Assembly (NCBI GenBank): GCA_048938025.1
Contig: JBHLMP010000017.1
Span: forward strand, 1 to 58,603
DNA: 58,603 bases
Direction: 5' to 3'
Source of the DNA: Promethearchaeota archaeon
GTDB lineage: Archaea > Asgardarchaeota > Lokiarchaeia > Sigyniarchaeales > SOKP01
The notes under the pieces are model-generated. The model searched no databases. It had not been told where the DNA came from and worked only from the letters and a program-made list of their open reading frames with translations. Below, piece by piece: positions 48,515 to 57,912 of the stretch (its first letter is position 1; each line of letters begins with the position of its first letter). The translations under genes were made by a program, and so were the position numbers.

Positions 48515-51046
48515 GTGTATAAAATGGAAACTATATCAATAAGTATTAATGGGACTAAGGTTGATGCTAAGAAAGGAACTACTATTTTGGAAGCATCTCA
48601 AAATGCTGGAATATATATTCCTAGTCTTTGTGCACATCCTGATTTACCACCTTTAGTAGGTTTAAAACCAAATGAAGAGATCTTCCAAGGAGATTCCAAG
48701 TTTAAAAACAAAGACTCTCAAGAACATCAGGGATGCCAACTTTGTGTAGTAAAAATCGAAGGTATTGAAGGATTACCAACAGCTTGTAGTACTATCGTAG
48801 AAAAGGGTATGATTATCACAATTGATACTCCAGAGATTCAGAACTTACGGCGTGAAAAGTTAATGAATTTACTTTCAAAACATCCTCATGCATGCTTAAT
48901 GTGTGCACAACGTGAAGGTTGTGCTCGTGAACCATGTTCCCCTAATGTTCCAGTAGAAGAGCGCTGTTGTCCAATATTAGGACGATGTGAATTGCAAAAA
49001 GTTGCAGAATATATAGGAATTCGAGAAGATGTACCACGTTATAAACCTCAAGGACGTACCATTATTGAAGATGAACCACTTTTTATCAGGAATTACGAAT
49101 TATGTATCGGATGTACTAGATGTGTTAGAGCCTGTCGAGATCTTCGGGGCGTTGAAGCCTTAGGGTTCGTCTATTCTAATGGAGAAACCATAGTTGGGAG
49201 CATAGCCCCTACTCTTAAGGACTCTGGATGTAAATTCTGTGGTGCTTGTGTTGAAGTATGCCCAACAGGAGCACTGACAGATAAAGATATCCTTTGGGCT
49301 GAACGTGAAAAACAGCTTGTTCCTTGTAGAGAGACTTGCCCATTAGGGATCGATGTACCACGATATATTCGATTAATTGCGGAGAAAAAATATGCTGAAG
49401 CAGCGGCAGTTGTCCGCGAAAAAACGCCTTTTCCTTCAGTTCTTGGAAGAGTTTGCTTCCATGATTGTGAACTTGAATGTCGTCGAAACCAACTTAATGA
49501 CCCTATTGCTATTTGTGCTTTAAAACGTTTTGCAATGGATCATGATAGTGAATTGTGGAAATCAAAAATAAGTATTCAACCTTCAACTGGGAAAAAAGTA
49601 GCTGTGGTAGGTTCAGGTCCTTCAGGTCTCACGGCAACATATTATTTGAAAAGACTTGGACATTCAGTTACAGTTTTTGAAACTAATTCCTATATTGGCG
49701 GTATGTTAAGAATAGGAATTCCTGAATATAGATTACCAAGAGCTGTCCTTCAAAAAGATCTTGATCATATATTGAGCTTGGGAATTGATATTCAAACTAA
49801 TAAAATTATAGGGGAACACTTGTCATTTAATGATTTAATAGAAAAAGGTTTTGATGCGACTTTTTTAGCGATTGGTACTCAAAATACTAAAAAGCTTAAT
49901 GTAGAGGGTTCAAATCTACCAAATATCCTCTGGGGTCTTGATTTTCTTAAAAAAGTTAATCTTGGTGAAGAAGTAAAGGTAACCGACAATGTTATCGTTA
50001 TTGGTGGAGGCAATGTAGCTGTAGATGTAGCTTTAACAGCTAAACGATTAGGGGCTAAAGAAGTACAATTAATTTGTCTAGAATGTAGAGAAGAAATGCC
50101 TGCTCATGAATGGGAAATTCAGAAAGCGATCGATGAGGGTATAGCACTCAATTGCTCATGGGGACCAAAGAGAATCATTGATATGGATGGTAAGGTGTCT
50201 GAGGTAGAGTTTATCCATTGTGATTCGGTATTTGATGACAATAACTTATTTAATCCTATCTTTAATGAGACAAATACAAAATCTATTAAAACCGATATGA
50301 TAATAATGGCTATAGGGCAAATCCCCGATTTTTCTCTTTTGGGAAGCGAGAATAAAATTAAAATCTCTCCAGAAGGATTGATTCAAACTAAAGAAGGAAC
50401 TTTAGAGACAAGCATTTCTGGTATTTTTGCTGGTGGTGAAGTTGTAAGCAGTCCCAGTTCTGTAGTTGATGCAATTGAGATGGGACGAAAAGCTGCAATC
50501 TCAATTGATAAATTTTTAGGAGGGAATGGCGAAATTGACGATTATTTCATTGATAAAGACGTTCCCAACCCTCTATTAGGTCGTGATGATAATTTTTTTG
50601 ATAAAAAGCGTGTTCAAATGCCACTCTTATCATTAGAAAAACGACAAACCAGTTTTAATGAAATAGAACTGGGTTTCGATGAAGATTTAGCCATGGAAGA
50701 GGCTAATCGTTGCTTAAGATGTGATCTACGTTTTGAAATCTCACCTGTGATACTCCCACCTCAAAAGTGGTTAGAATTAACCAGTGAGAATATACAAACT
50801 GTTCCTGAGACTGAGGGGGCGATTCAAGTCTTAAATGAAAATCAAGAGATAATCCTTATACAAGGAACAGCTAATTTGCATTTGACATTAGAGGAACAAT
50901 TGAATACTAATAAAAAGGCGTGTTATTTCAATTATGAGGAAGATCCAATGTACACAAAAAAAGAAAGTGAATTACTTCAACAATTTATGCAAGAGTTCGG
51001 AAGATTCCCTGAAGGAAATGAAGATCTTGATGATGATCTTTTTTAA
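48515..51046 (+). CDS. bzdV: BzdV-like multi-Fe-S flavoprotein (NuoG/FdhA-like N-terminus plus GltD-like module), putative NAD(P)H:ferredoxin oxidoreductase
   Basis: IPSLC...C..C...TAC (2Fe-2S), HPHAC, CIGCTRCVRAC, CKFCGACVEVCP, PC...CP, GSGPSG, GGGNVAVD, EANRCLRC, plus an extra C-terminal domain of about 95 aa. Confidence 0.82.
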   Translation: MYKMETISISINGTKVDAKKGTTILEASQNAGIYIPSLCAHPDLPPLVGLKPNEEIFQGDSKFKNKDSQEHQGCQLCVVKIEGIEGLPTACSTIVEKGMIITIDTPEIQNLRREKLMNLLSKHPHACLMCAQREGCAREPCSPNVPVEERCCPILGRCELQKVAEYIGIREDVPRYKPQGRTIIEDEPLFIRNYELCIGCTRCVRACRDLRGVEALGFVYSNGETIVGSIAPTLKDSGCKFCGACVEVCPTGALTDKDILWAEREKQLVPCRETCPLGIDVPRYIRLIAEKKYAEAAAVVREKTPFPSVLGRVCFHDCELECRRNQLNDPIAICALKRFAMDHDSELWKSKISIQPSTGKKVAVVGSGPSGLTATYYLKRLGHSVTVFETNSYIGGMLRIGIPEYRLPRAVLQKDLDHILSLGIDIQTNKIIGEHLSFNDLIEKGFDATFLAIGTQNTKKLNVEGSNLPNILWGLDFLKKVNLGEEVKVTDNVIVIGGGNVAVDVALTAKRLGAKEVQLICLECREEMPAHEWEIQKAIDEGIALNCSWGPKRIIDMDGKVSEVEFIHCDSVFDDNNLFNPIFNETNTKSIKTDMIIMAIGQIPDFSLLGSENKIKISPEGLIQTKEGTLETSISGIFAGGEVVSSPSSVVDAIEMGRKAAISIDKFLGGNGEIDDYFIDKDVPNPLLGRDDNFFDKKRVQMPLLSLEKRQTSFNEIELGFDEDLAMEEANRCLRCDLRFEISPVILPPQKWLELTSENIQTVPETEGAIQVLNENQEIILIQGTANLHLTLEEQLNTNKKACYFNYEEDPMYTKKESELLQQFMQEFGRFPEGNEDLDDDLF

Positions 51047-51078
51047 CTTTAAATTAATAAAAACAGAATTTATGGATA

Positions 51079-51486
51079 TTATTTTTCTACTATAGTAAAT
51101 CCTTTCTCTTTTAAAGTATTTAATGCTTTCTCAATAATTAGATCTTCTATACGCAATATAAGTAGAGCTTCTTCTTTTACTAAAGTAGAATAACAATAAT
51201 CAATATTGATTTTATTATCACCTAATGTTTTTGGAATTTCATACAAAGCATTTGGGTTATCATTTAATCTTACAGCAATGACTTCTGTAGTGGATAAAGT
51301 AAAATTATTTTCATCCAAAAGATCAATACACTGTTCTGGTTTATCAACTAGAATTAATAACAATCCATATTCAGATGTTTTTGCTACAGTTAAAGCTCTT
51401 ATAAAGATTTTATTATCCATAAGTAGTTTAATAAAATTAGCAAGTTCCCCTGGCTTATCTTCTAAAAGTACACTTAGTTGAATCAT
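51079..51486 (-). CDS. Tandem ACT-domain protein
   Basis: QLSVLLEDKPGELA...I.IRAL; EVIAV.L.D.P..L...L....INIDYCY. Confidence 0.88.
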   Translation of the reverse strand: MIQLSVLLEDKPGELANFIKLLMDNKIFIRALTVAKTSEYGLLLILVDKPEQCIDLLDENNFTLSTTEVIAVRLNDNPNALYEIPKTLGDNKINIDYCYSTLVKEEALLILRIEDLIIEKALNTLKEKGFTIVEK

Positions 51487-51624
51487 TGTTAAATAAAATA
51501 ATTTTAGTAAAATAAATTAACTGCAATTTTTAATATTAATTTTTAATATTTTCGATTACTTAAAAAGGCTTTAAAGAATGGCGACTATATAATAACTAGC
51601 CAATTTATCATTTTTACTATTTTC

Positions 51625-52386
51625 ATGAATAGAAAGAGATTTTACGAAGAACATAAGAATTTTTCTCACAGAACGATAAATGAATATTTTCTTTCTCCAG
51701 GAATCAGATGTAAATTCGATTTATTAAAAGAAAATCTCAATTTGAAAAATCAATTAAAAAATGTATTAGATATTGGATGTTCAGGTAATTCATTTCTATA
51801 CGTATTTAATAATGGTTTTCATAAATCTTTTTTTGATCTGGCTAATCTTCCCTTAAAACAATATTCTTCAAAGATTTACTTGTATCCTGTTTGTGGAGAT
51901 ATTTTACGGCTACCATATCGGAATGATTCATTTGATTTTATATGTGCTCTGGATGTGTTGGAGCACATTAAAGATGACCAAATGGCAGTTGCCGAAATCA
52001 GCAGAATTCTAAAAAAAAATGGAATAGTAGTTATTACAGTCCCTCATAAAATGAAATATTATACTTTTCAGGATAGATTAATTGGTCATTATAGGAGATA
52101 TGAAATAAACCAAATAAAAGGATTATTTAAAAAGTATAAATTGCAGGCATTAAAATTCTTTGGAATTTACGGACAATTGATGCGTGTGGCAGATATTCAA
52201 TCTACTAATCCAAAAGAAATTGAAAGAAAAATATTAAAATTAAGAAATCGTTATGAAGCAAATAGTTTTTTTCAAAATATCTGGAATGTATTCGTTAAAA
52301 TTATGGCTAACATCATGAAATTGGATGCAAAATATCTTTCGCTAAATAAAATAATGAATTTAGCCTTTATTTTCATAAAGAAGTGA
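51625..52386 (+). CDS. Class I SAM-dependent methyltransferase
   Basis: VLDIGCSG, GD...LPY..DSFD....DVLEH, RILK..G....TVP, GHYRRY. Confidence 0.9.
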   Translation: MNRKRFYEEHKNFSHRTINEYFLSPGIRCKFDLLKENLNLKNQLKNVLDIGCSGNSFLYVFNNGFHKSFFDLANLPLKQYSSKIYLYPVCGDILRLPYRNDSFDFICALDVLEHIKDDQMAVAEISRILKKNGIVVITVPHKMKYYTFQDRLIGHYRRYEINQIKGLFKKYKLQALKFFGIYGQLMRVADIQSTNPKEIERKILKLRNRYEANSFFQNIWNVFVKIMANIMKLDAKYLSLNKIMNLAFIFIKK

Positions 52387-52405
52387 GCTAGATTTAAAAA
52401 ATGGT

Positions 52406-52801
52406 TTAAGAATAATCTTTCTTTAATTTTTCAAACAATTTTTTGTATTCATCAATAAATTTTTCTTCTTTTGTCTCATCTATTTTTTGTAAGAGTTCAA
52501 TCGACTTTGTAAGAGCCTCAGATTTTCTCTTAATTTTTTCTAGGAAAAACTGTTTATTTGACTGAGATTGTGATATTTTATTCTTTACTTCCATAATTGA
52601 GTCTCCGATTTCTTTTTGAGATTCAATTACATTATCAATAACCCCTAATGATAACTGTTTTTTTCTTTGTTCTAGTTTAATACAATTATCACAAATAAGG
52701 CTGCTCAACGATTTTTTTCCTTTTTCTACCATAAAAGGATTGCCACATCGAGAACATGCAACAAGTTCAACTATTAGTTTTTCGTCGTTAGAATTAGGCA
52801 T
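52406..52801 (-). CDS. Zinc-finger plus coiled-coil hypothetical protein
   Basis: CSRCG...CDNC followed by a heptad-rich Lys/Glu tail. Confidence 0.7.
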   Translation of the reverse strand: MPNSNDEKLIVELVACSRCGNPFMVEKGKKSLSSLICDNCIKLEQRKKQLSLGVIDNVIESQKEIGDSIMEVKNKISQSQSNKQFFLEKIKRKSEALTKSIELLQKIDETKEEKFIDEYKKLFEKLKKDYS

Positions 52802-52924
52802 ATGATATATAATAAAAATTAAGGTTATTTACTTACTAAATTAATAACGTTTCTATAATTTAATTTTTAATTTTTTAATTAATAATAATATTTTAAGAAA
52901 CTTTTTGAGATAGAAGAGATTTGT

Positions 52925-53731
52925 TTGTTTATGGAGCTATCACTGGGGATTATTCTTTTATTAATATTTCTCGGTTTCTTAGCAGGCACAATTTCTGTTA
53001 TTGCTGGTGTTGGAGGGGGCATTTTTTTTGTTTCTATTATGACTCTCCTATTTTTAATCCCCATTAATGAAGCAATAGATACTTCTATTTTTATAATTCT
53101 AATATCTTCATTTGCAGGATTTTTATCTTATATACGACAAAAGAGAACAAATATAAAATTAACTTTACTTTTTGGTATTTTTTCCATTTTAGGAAGTGTT
53201 TTTGCAAGTATTTTATTTTCATTTGTACCAATCAACAATACTTTATTAAAAATTTTATTTGCTTCGGTTTTACTTATTGCCGGGTTAAATATGATTTATA
53301 AAGCTATAAGTTCAAGAAACAATGTTGAATCAGAAAATTTAATTGAAAATGAATTTAATCTTAAAGAACACAATTATAAAGATAATCTAATAAAATCTAT
53401 ACCTTTATTTATCTTAGCAGGATTCACAGCAAATCTACTTGGAATAGGTGGTGGAATTATTAATACACCAGCTTTGCACATTGTGCTAAAGTACCCCATT
53501 CATAATTCTACTGGAATTTCTACTTCAATAATTTTTTTTACCGCTATTTATAATACTATTGTTAAGAGCTTCTTTGGTCAAATTAATTATTTAATTGGAA
53601 TTTTGATTGGAATAGGCGCAATTCTAGGATCTATTTTTGGAGCTAATATATCAAGCAAAATATCTCGCAACCATCTTCAATTTATCGTAGCTATAGTATT
53701 GATGGGATTGGCTATACGTATGTATTTTTAA
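52925..53731 (+). CDS. TauE/SafE (TSUP) family transporter
   Basis: Two repeats, AG...AGVGGG and AG....LLGIGGG...P, with about 8 TM segments. Confidence 0.9.
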   Translation: MFMELSLGIILLLIFLGFLAGTISVIAGVGGGIFFVSIMTLLFLIPINEAIDTSIFIILISSFAGFLSYIRQKRTNIKLTLLFGIFSILGSVFASILFSFVPINNTLLKILFASVLLIAGLNMIYKAISSRNNVESENLIENEFNLKEHNYKDNLIKSIPLFILAGFTANLLGIGGGIINTPALHIVLKYPIHNSTGISTSIIFFTAIYNTIVKSFFGQINYLIGILIGIGAILGSIFGANISSKISRNHLQFIVAIVLMGLAIRMYF

Positions 53732-53890
53732 ATGGTTTTTATTTTGGAAACATATTATGTTTGATTCTTTAATAAAAAAATAAAGAATTATAAATTGAGA
53801 TATCTCATTATTACTTATACTAAATAGTAATAGTATGAAAACCAAGAATTATAATTTTAAAATCTAATTAAAATGAAAGAATAATCAAGG

Positions 53891-56800
53891 ATGGTAAAAA
53901 TAAACACAGTCGAATTATTAGCAAAAGCAGAAATAGAGGAAAAGAATTATAATTGGGCGAAATCAGCAGAATTATATGAACAAGCAGCAAAAGAGCATTT
54001 AGAACAAGAAGCAATGAATGATGCTGCAAGAACTTATAACAAATTTGGTGATATATGTCTAAGAGTTACTATAGGATCAGAAACCAAAGAAGATTTTTTA
54101 TATTGGAAGAAACAGGCTGTTAAAGCTTTTAATAAAGCAGAGAACCTTTTTATTCAATTAAAAGATGAACTTTCAAGTAAGGAATGTAAAGCTAAGGCTT
54201 TTAATATTATAAGTTTTTGTCCTTCATCAATAGAAAAAGGGAAAGCTGCTTCAAAAGAATCAATCAAGATTTGTTTAGAGTTAAATAAGATTTATTCAAG
54301 TAGAAACGATAACAACAATCTCATAAAATCTTCTTTATTAATATTAAACTCACTTCTCTATTCACTAATTTATTGTAAGGATCCATCTGAATTTAGTTAT
54401 TACATGCAAATGGGTCGTAATTTGATAGAAAAAACTTGGACAATTTTAAAAAAAATTGATAATATTGATTTTAAGGCTAATTTATTATATTTAGATAATC
54501 TTCTTGTTGCTTGGAATAGGTATACTGAGCTAACATATGGAGATAAGAATGAAACAGAGATACGTAAAAGACTTCTGTCGAGATGTAAAGAAACTTTAGA
54601 TTCAGCCAAAAATTGTGATGATTATTTTCTTCTTGCACGTATTTATTTATCAGTAGGTACACATTATTGCATGTTTGGAACTATATTTGCTGATGAAAGA
54701 TATGAACGGTTAGAACTTGTAGAAAAGGGATTCGACTTATTAGAGAAAAGTTTAATTTTCTGCAGAGCTTCAAGAAATACTATTGATTTAATAGCTGCTA
54801 TTTATACTTTAGACTATTTTGCTGGTGTTTTTGGAAGATTTGAGTATTATCAGAAGAGGATTTTTAAAGATGTACATGATCTTCAGAAATTAAGTGAAAT
54901 TTATGATGGTTTATATACATTACATGGTCTCTTTACATCTCGCATATCTTTAATGTATTATCATAATTTTGCCGGTAGGAGCTTCTTAAAAAATGATATA
55001 AGGAAATCTTATGCAAAATTAGGAATTAAATATGGAGAAAGACAATTAGAGAACCTTGCATTTGGCCCTTTTTTTGCCCTTACTTATCAAATCTTATCAA
55101 ACTTATATTCACAATTAGTTATCCTTGCTACAGAAGATGATCCTCAAGAGGAATATATTCAAAAGATGTTTTATTACGCAGATCAGGCTAAAAATGCAGC
55201 TAAAGGATATAAGGGAGGAAATGTTACATCAGCTGGTTATGATTCGATATACAGAGCTAATAAAACTAAAGCAGACATTGTTAAAAACAAGGAAGAGAAA
55301 ATCCAATATTTAAAAATTGCGATTGAAGCTCAAAAGAGTAATATTAAATATGCAATTGAGTCTGATAAAGTATATTTGGCAGTAAAATTACGTTTGGGTT
55401 TGCTTCACGAGGAATTAGGAATTCTAGCAACTGAGGAAAAACCCTTGATAGAAGCGAGGGAATTATTTCTCAGTGTAATTGAAGATGCCTCCGAAAAAGG
55501 TTATGAATATTATTCAGCAGCTTGTTATGAGTATATTGCTCGCTTAGAAGATCGTTTGGGAAATCATATGACTTCAGCAGAATACTATAAAAAAGCTCAT
55601 AATGCACACGATAAGTCATTACAAACAATTGAATATAAACCATTAAAGGATAGGGTAAATGAAAAGACAAAGTATTCTAAGGCTTGGTACTTCATTGAGA
55701 ATGCTAAAATGTATCATAAAGGGGAACAGCATTTAAAGGCAAAAGAAAATTATGAAAAGGCATCAGAAATTTTAAAAGCATTACCTAGCTTCAATCACGA
55801 AGCAGTTTATTATGGAGCTTGGATATCTTTAGAAGAAGCTGAGGATCTTAGTAAGCGTGAAAAATATGATGAAGCTATAAAGAGCTATGAAAAAACTAGA
55901 GATCTTTTTGACAATGCCATCTTTACAATTAGATTTATTAGGAAAAATGTTAGAAGATCAAAAGAATTAAAAAAACTTGAGAAAGTGGCTAAAGTAAGGA
56001 TGAATCATTGCTCTGCGAGAATAAATCTTGATGAAGCAAGAATTTTGGGAAAAAGAGGAGAACATATTGTAGCTGCCGAAAAATTTAACAGCGCAGCATC
56101 TCAATTCAGAGATATTTGTATATTATATAAGATTAAAAGAGAACGAGCAGAAATAGAAGCTATATTCCATCTCTGCAAAGCATGGGAAAACATGGAATTA
56201 GCTGAAAACTATGAAGCTCCTGAAAAATTCGCAGAAGCAGCAAAATTATTTTCAAAAGCAAGCGATTTCTTTACAGAAAGTAAACTGAAATACTTAGCTG
56301 ATGGTAATTCTAATTTTTGTATAGCCCTTGAAGAAGGATGTAAATTTGATCAGTCTCATGAGATTGAAGTTAAAAGAAGATTATATCCAAATGTTAAATT
56401 AATTCTTAGAAAAGCAGCAAATTTATATGAAAAGGGTGGTTTTAAAAACGCTTCAGATTGGGCACTTGCAACTTCAATCTATTTCGATGCAGCATGGAGT
56501 TTAATTCAAGCAGATGATGAATTAGATGTAAAGAAAAAAAAAGAATATTTGAATTATGGATCAAATTATTTAAATTCAGCAGCAGAACTCTTTCATAAAG
56601 CAGGATATAACGACAAAGAAAAAGAAGTTCAAGAAAGATTAGAAAGAGTAAATAAAGAGGAAAAAATACTATTTTCTGCCTTAAATACGATTAATAAACC
56701 GACTGTTTCAAGAAGTATTGAGGGTGTAATTACACCATCATGCCCAATAGAAACAAGCCAATCACCACGGATTAGTGAAATTCAACAATACGCTGAAGAA

Positions 56801-57709
56801 GTAATTAAATTTTTAGAAAAGGATAGTAAAATAAAAAAGTATGAAATTGAATATAAGGATTTATTAAAAGAATATCCAAAATCACCGAGAAATCAGTGTA
56901 GAGTTGGTATTGCTCAAATTGGTATTTCTAACTCTGGTGATATAATGAATGAATTTTATGACGAAAAACCTAAGGGTTTATTAACACTTAAAGAAGAAAA
57001 AGTTAATCTAATTGATTCAAAAATAAAGGAAATGATTGAGAAGGCTCATCAAGCAGGAATCAATATTTTACTCTTTCCAGAAATGACAGTAGATCTTAAA
57101 TATAAACAATTTATTGATGATATTTCAAATCTTGCAAAAAAATATGAAATGTATATTATTCCTGGATCATATCATAACATTGAGGCAAAAAGTAATGTTA
57201 GTTTAGTTGTTAGTCCTGATGGAATCCTCTGGCAACAAGAAAAACATATTCCTGCTATTATTAGCCTTGAGAGAGGAAAATTTACAGAAGGAATTGAAAC
57301 AACTACACTTCCTCGAAAAACAATAGTTACCAATACAGAATATGGAAGAATAGCTATTGCTACTTGCCGCGATTTTCTTGATATGGATCTAAGAGTAGAA
57401 TTAAAAAACTTTGAACCTCCTATCGACATTATCTTAAATCCAGCCTTTACTCCAGTTACAGCTGATTTCAAAGCTGTTCATTTTGATGCTCGAAGATCAA
57501 TTTATGCTTACACATTCTTTGCAAATGTTGCAGATTATGGAGATTCCCTTATTTATACTCCAGAAAAAGAACGCGTTGAAAGAAATGTCCCTCCAAAGGA
57601 AGAAGGATTAATTTATAAAGATGTGGATCTTTTTCAACTTCGTTCTGAACGGAAAAAGTGGGAAGAAAAAAAAAGTAAGGAAAAGAGATTTATCCAAAGT
57701 ACAAGATAA
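53891..57709 (+). CDS. Large alpha-helical (TPR/SNAP-like) protein fused to a C-terminal carbon-nitrogen hydrolase (nitrilase) domain
   Basis: About 950 aa of helical repeats (AAELYEQAA-type), then RVGIAQ, LFPE (Glu), PGS, QEKH (Lys), ATCRDF (Cys), NPA, FAN. Confidence 0.85.
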   Translation: MVKINTVELLAKAEIEEKNYNWAKSAELYEQAAKEHLEQEAMNDAARTYNKFGDICLRVTIGSETKEDFLYWKKQAVKAFNKAENLFIQLKDELSSKECKAKAFNIISFCPSSIEKGKAASKESIKICLELNKIYSSRNDNNNLIKSSLLILNSLLYSLIYCKDPSEFSYYMQMGRNLIEKTWTILKKIDNIDFKANLLYLDNLLVAWNRYTELTYGDKNETEIRKRLLSRCKETLDSAKNCDDYFLLARIYLSVGTHYCMFGTIFADERYERLELVEKGFDLLEKSLIFCRASRNTIDLIAAIYTLDYFAGVFGRFEYYQKRIFKDVHDLQKLSEIYDGLYTLHGLFTSRISLMYYHNFAGRSFLKNDIRKSYAKLGIKYGERQLENLAFGPFFALTYQILSNLYSQLVILATEDDPQEEYIQKMFYYADQAKNAAKGYKGGNVTSAGYDSIYRANKTKADIVKNKEEKIQYLKIAIEAQKSNIKYAIESDKVYLAVKLRLGLLHEELGILATEEKPLIEARELFLSVIEDASEKGYEYYSAACYEYIARLEDRLGNHMTSAEYYKKAHNAHDKSLQTIEYKPLKDRVNEKTKYSKAWYFIENAKMYHKGEQHLKAKENYEKASEILKALPSFNHEAVYYGAWISLEEAEDLSKREKYDEAIKSYEKTRDLFDNAIFTIRFIRKNVRRSKELKKLEKVAKVRMNHCSARINLDEARILGKRGEHIVAAEKFNSAASQFRDICILYKIKRERAEIEAIFHLCKAWENMELAENYEAPEKFAEAAKLFSKASDFFTESKLKYLADGNSNFCIALEEGCKFDQSHEIEVKRRLYPNVKLILRKAANLYEKGGFKNASDWALATSIYFDAAWSLIQADDELDVKKKKEYLNYGSNYLNSAAELFHKAGYNDKEKEVQERLERVNKEEKILFSALNTINKPTVSRSIEGVITPSCPIETSQSPRISEIQQYAEEVIKFLEKDSKIKKYEIEYKDLLKEYPKSPRNQCRVGIAQIGISNSGDIMNEFYDEKPKGLLTLKEEKVNLIDSKIKEMIEKAHQAGINILLFPEMTVDLKYKQFIDDISNLAKKYEMYIIPGSYHNIEAKSNVSLVVSPDGILWQQEKHIPAIISLERGKFTEGIETTTLPRKTIVTNTEYGRIAIATCRDFLDMDLRVELKNFEPPIDIILNPAFTPVTADFKAVHFDARRSIYAYTFFANVADYGDSLIYTPEKERVERNVPPKEEGLIYKDVDLFQLRSERKKWEEKKSKEKRFIQSTR

Positions 57710-57732
57710 TTTTTAATATCTAACCTTAAAGT

Positions 57733-57765
57733 GTAGCAATCGTATTAATGGGATTGGCTATAAGA
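57733..57765 (+). pseudogene. Orphan 3'-end remnant of the tauE gene
   Basis: GTAGCAATCGTATTAATGGGATTGGCTATAAGA encodes VAIVLMGLAIR, identical in protein to tauE 53687-53719. It is 28/33 nt identical and all differences are synonymous. Confidence 0.88.
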
Positions 57766-57912
57766 ATTTTTGAATTTTTAATTCTTAATTCTGATTTATA
57801 AATAAATTTATTAAGTATTAAACGAAAGATTAATCAATATAAAATAGTACACTATCGGGCAATTTAATTAGATCCTGACTTAAGTGGATAAAATCAAACT
57901 CTAATTTCTAAT

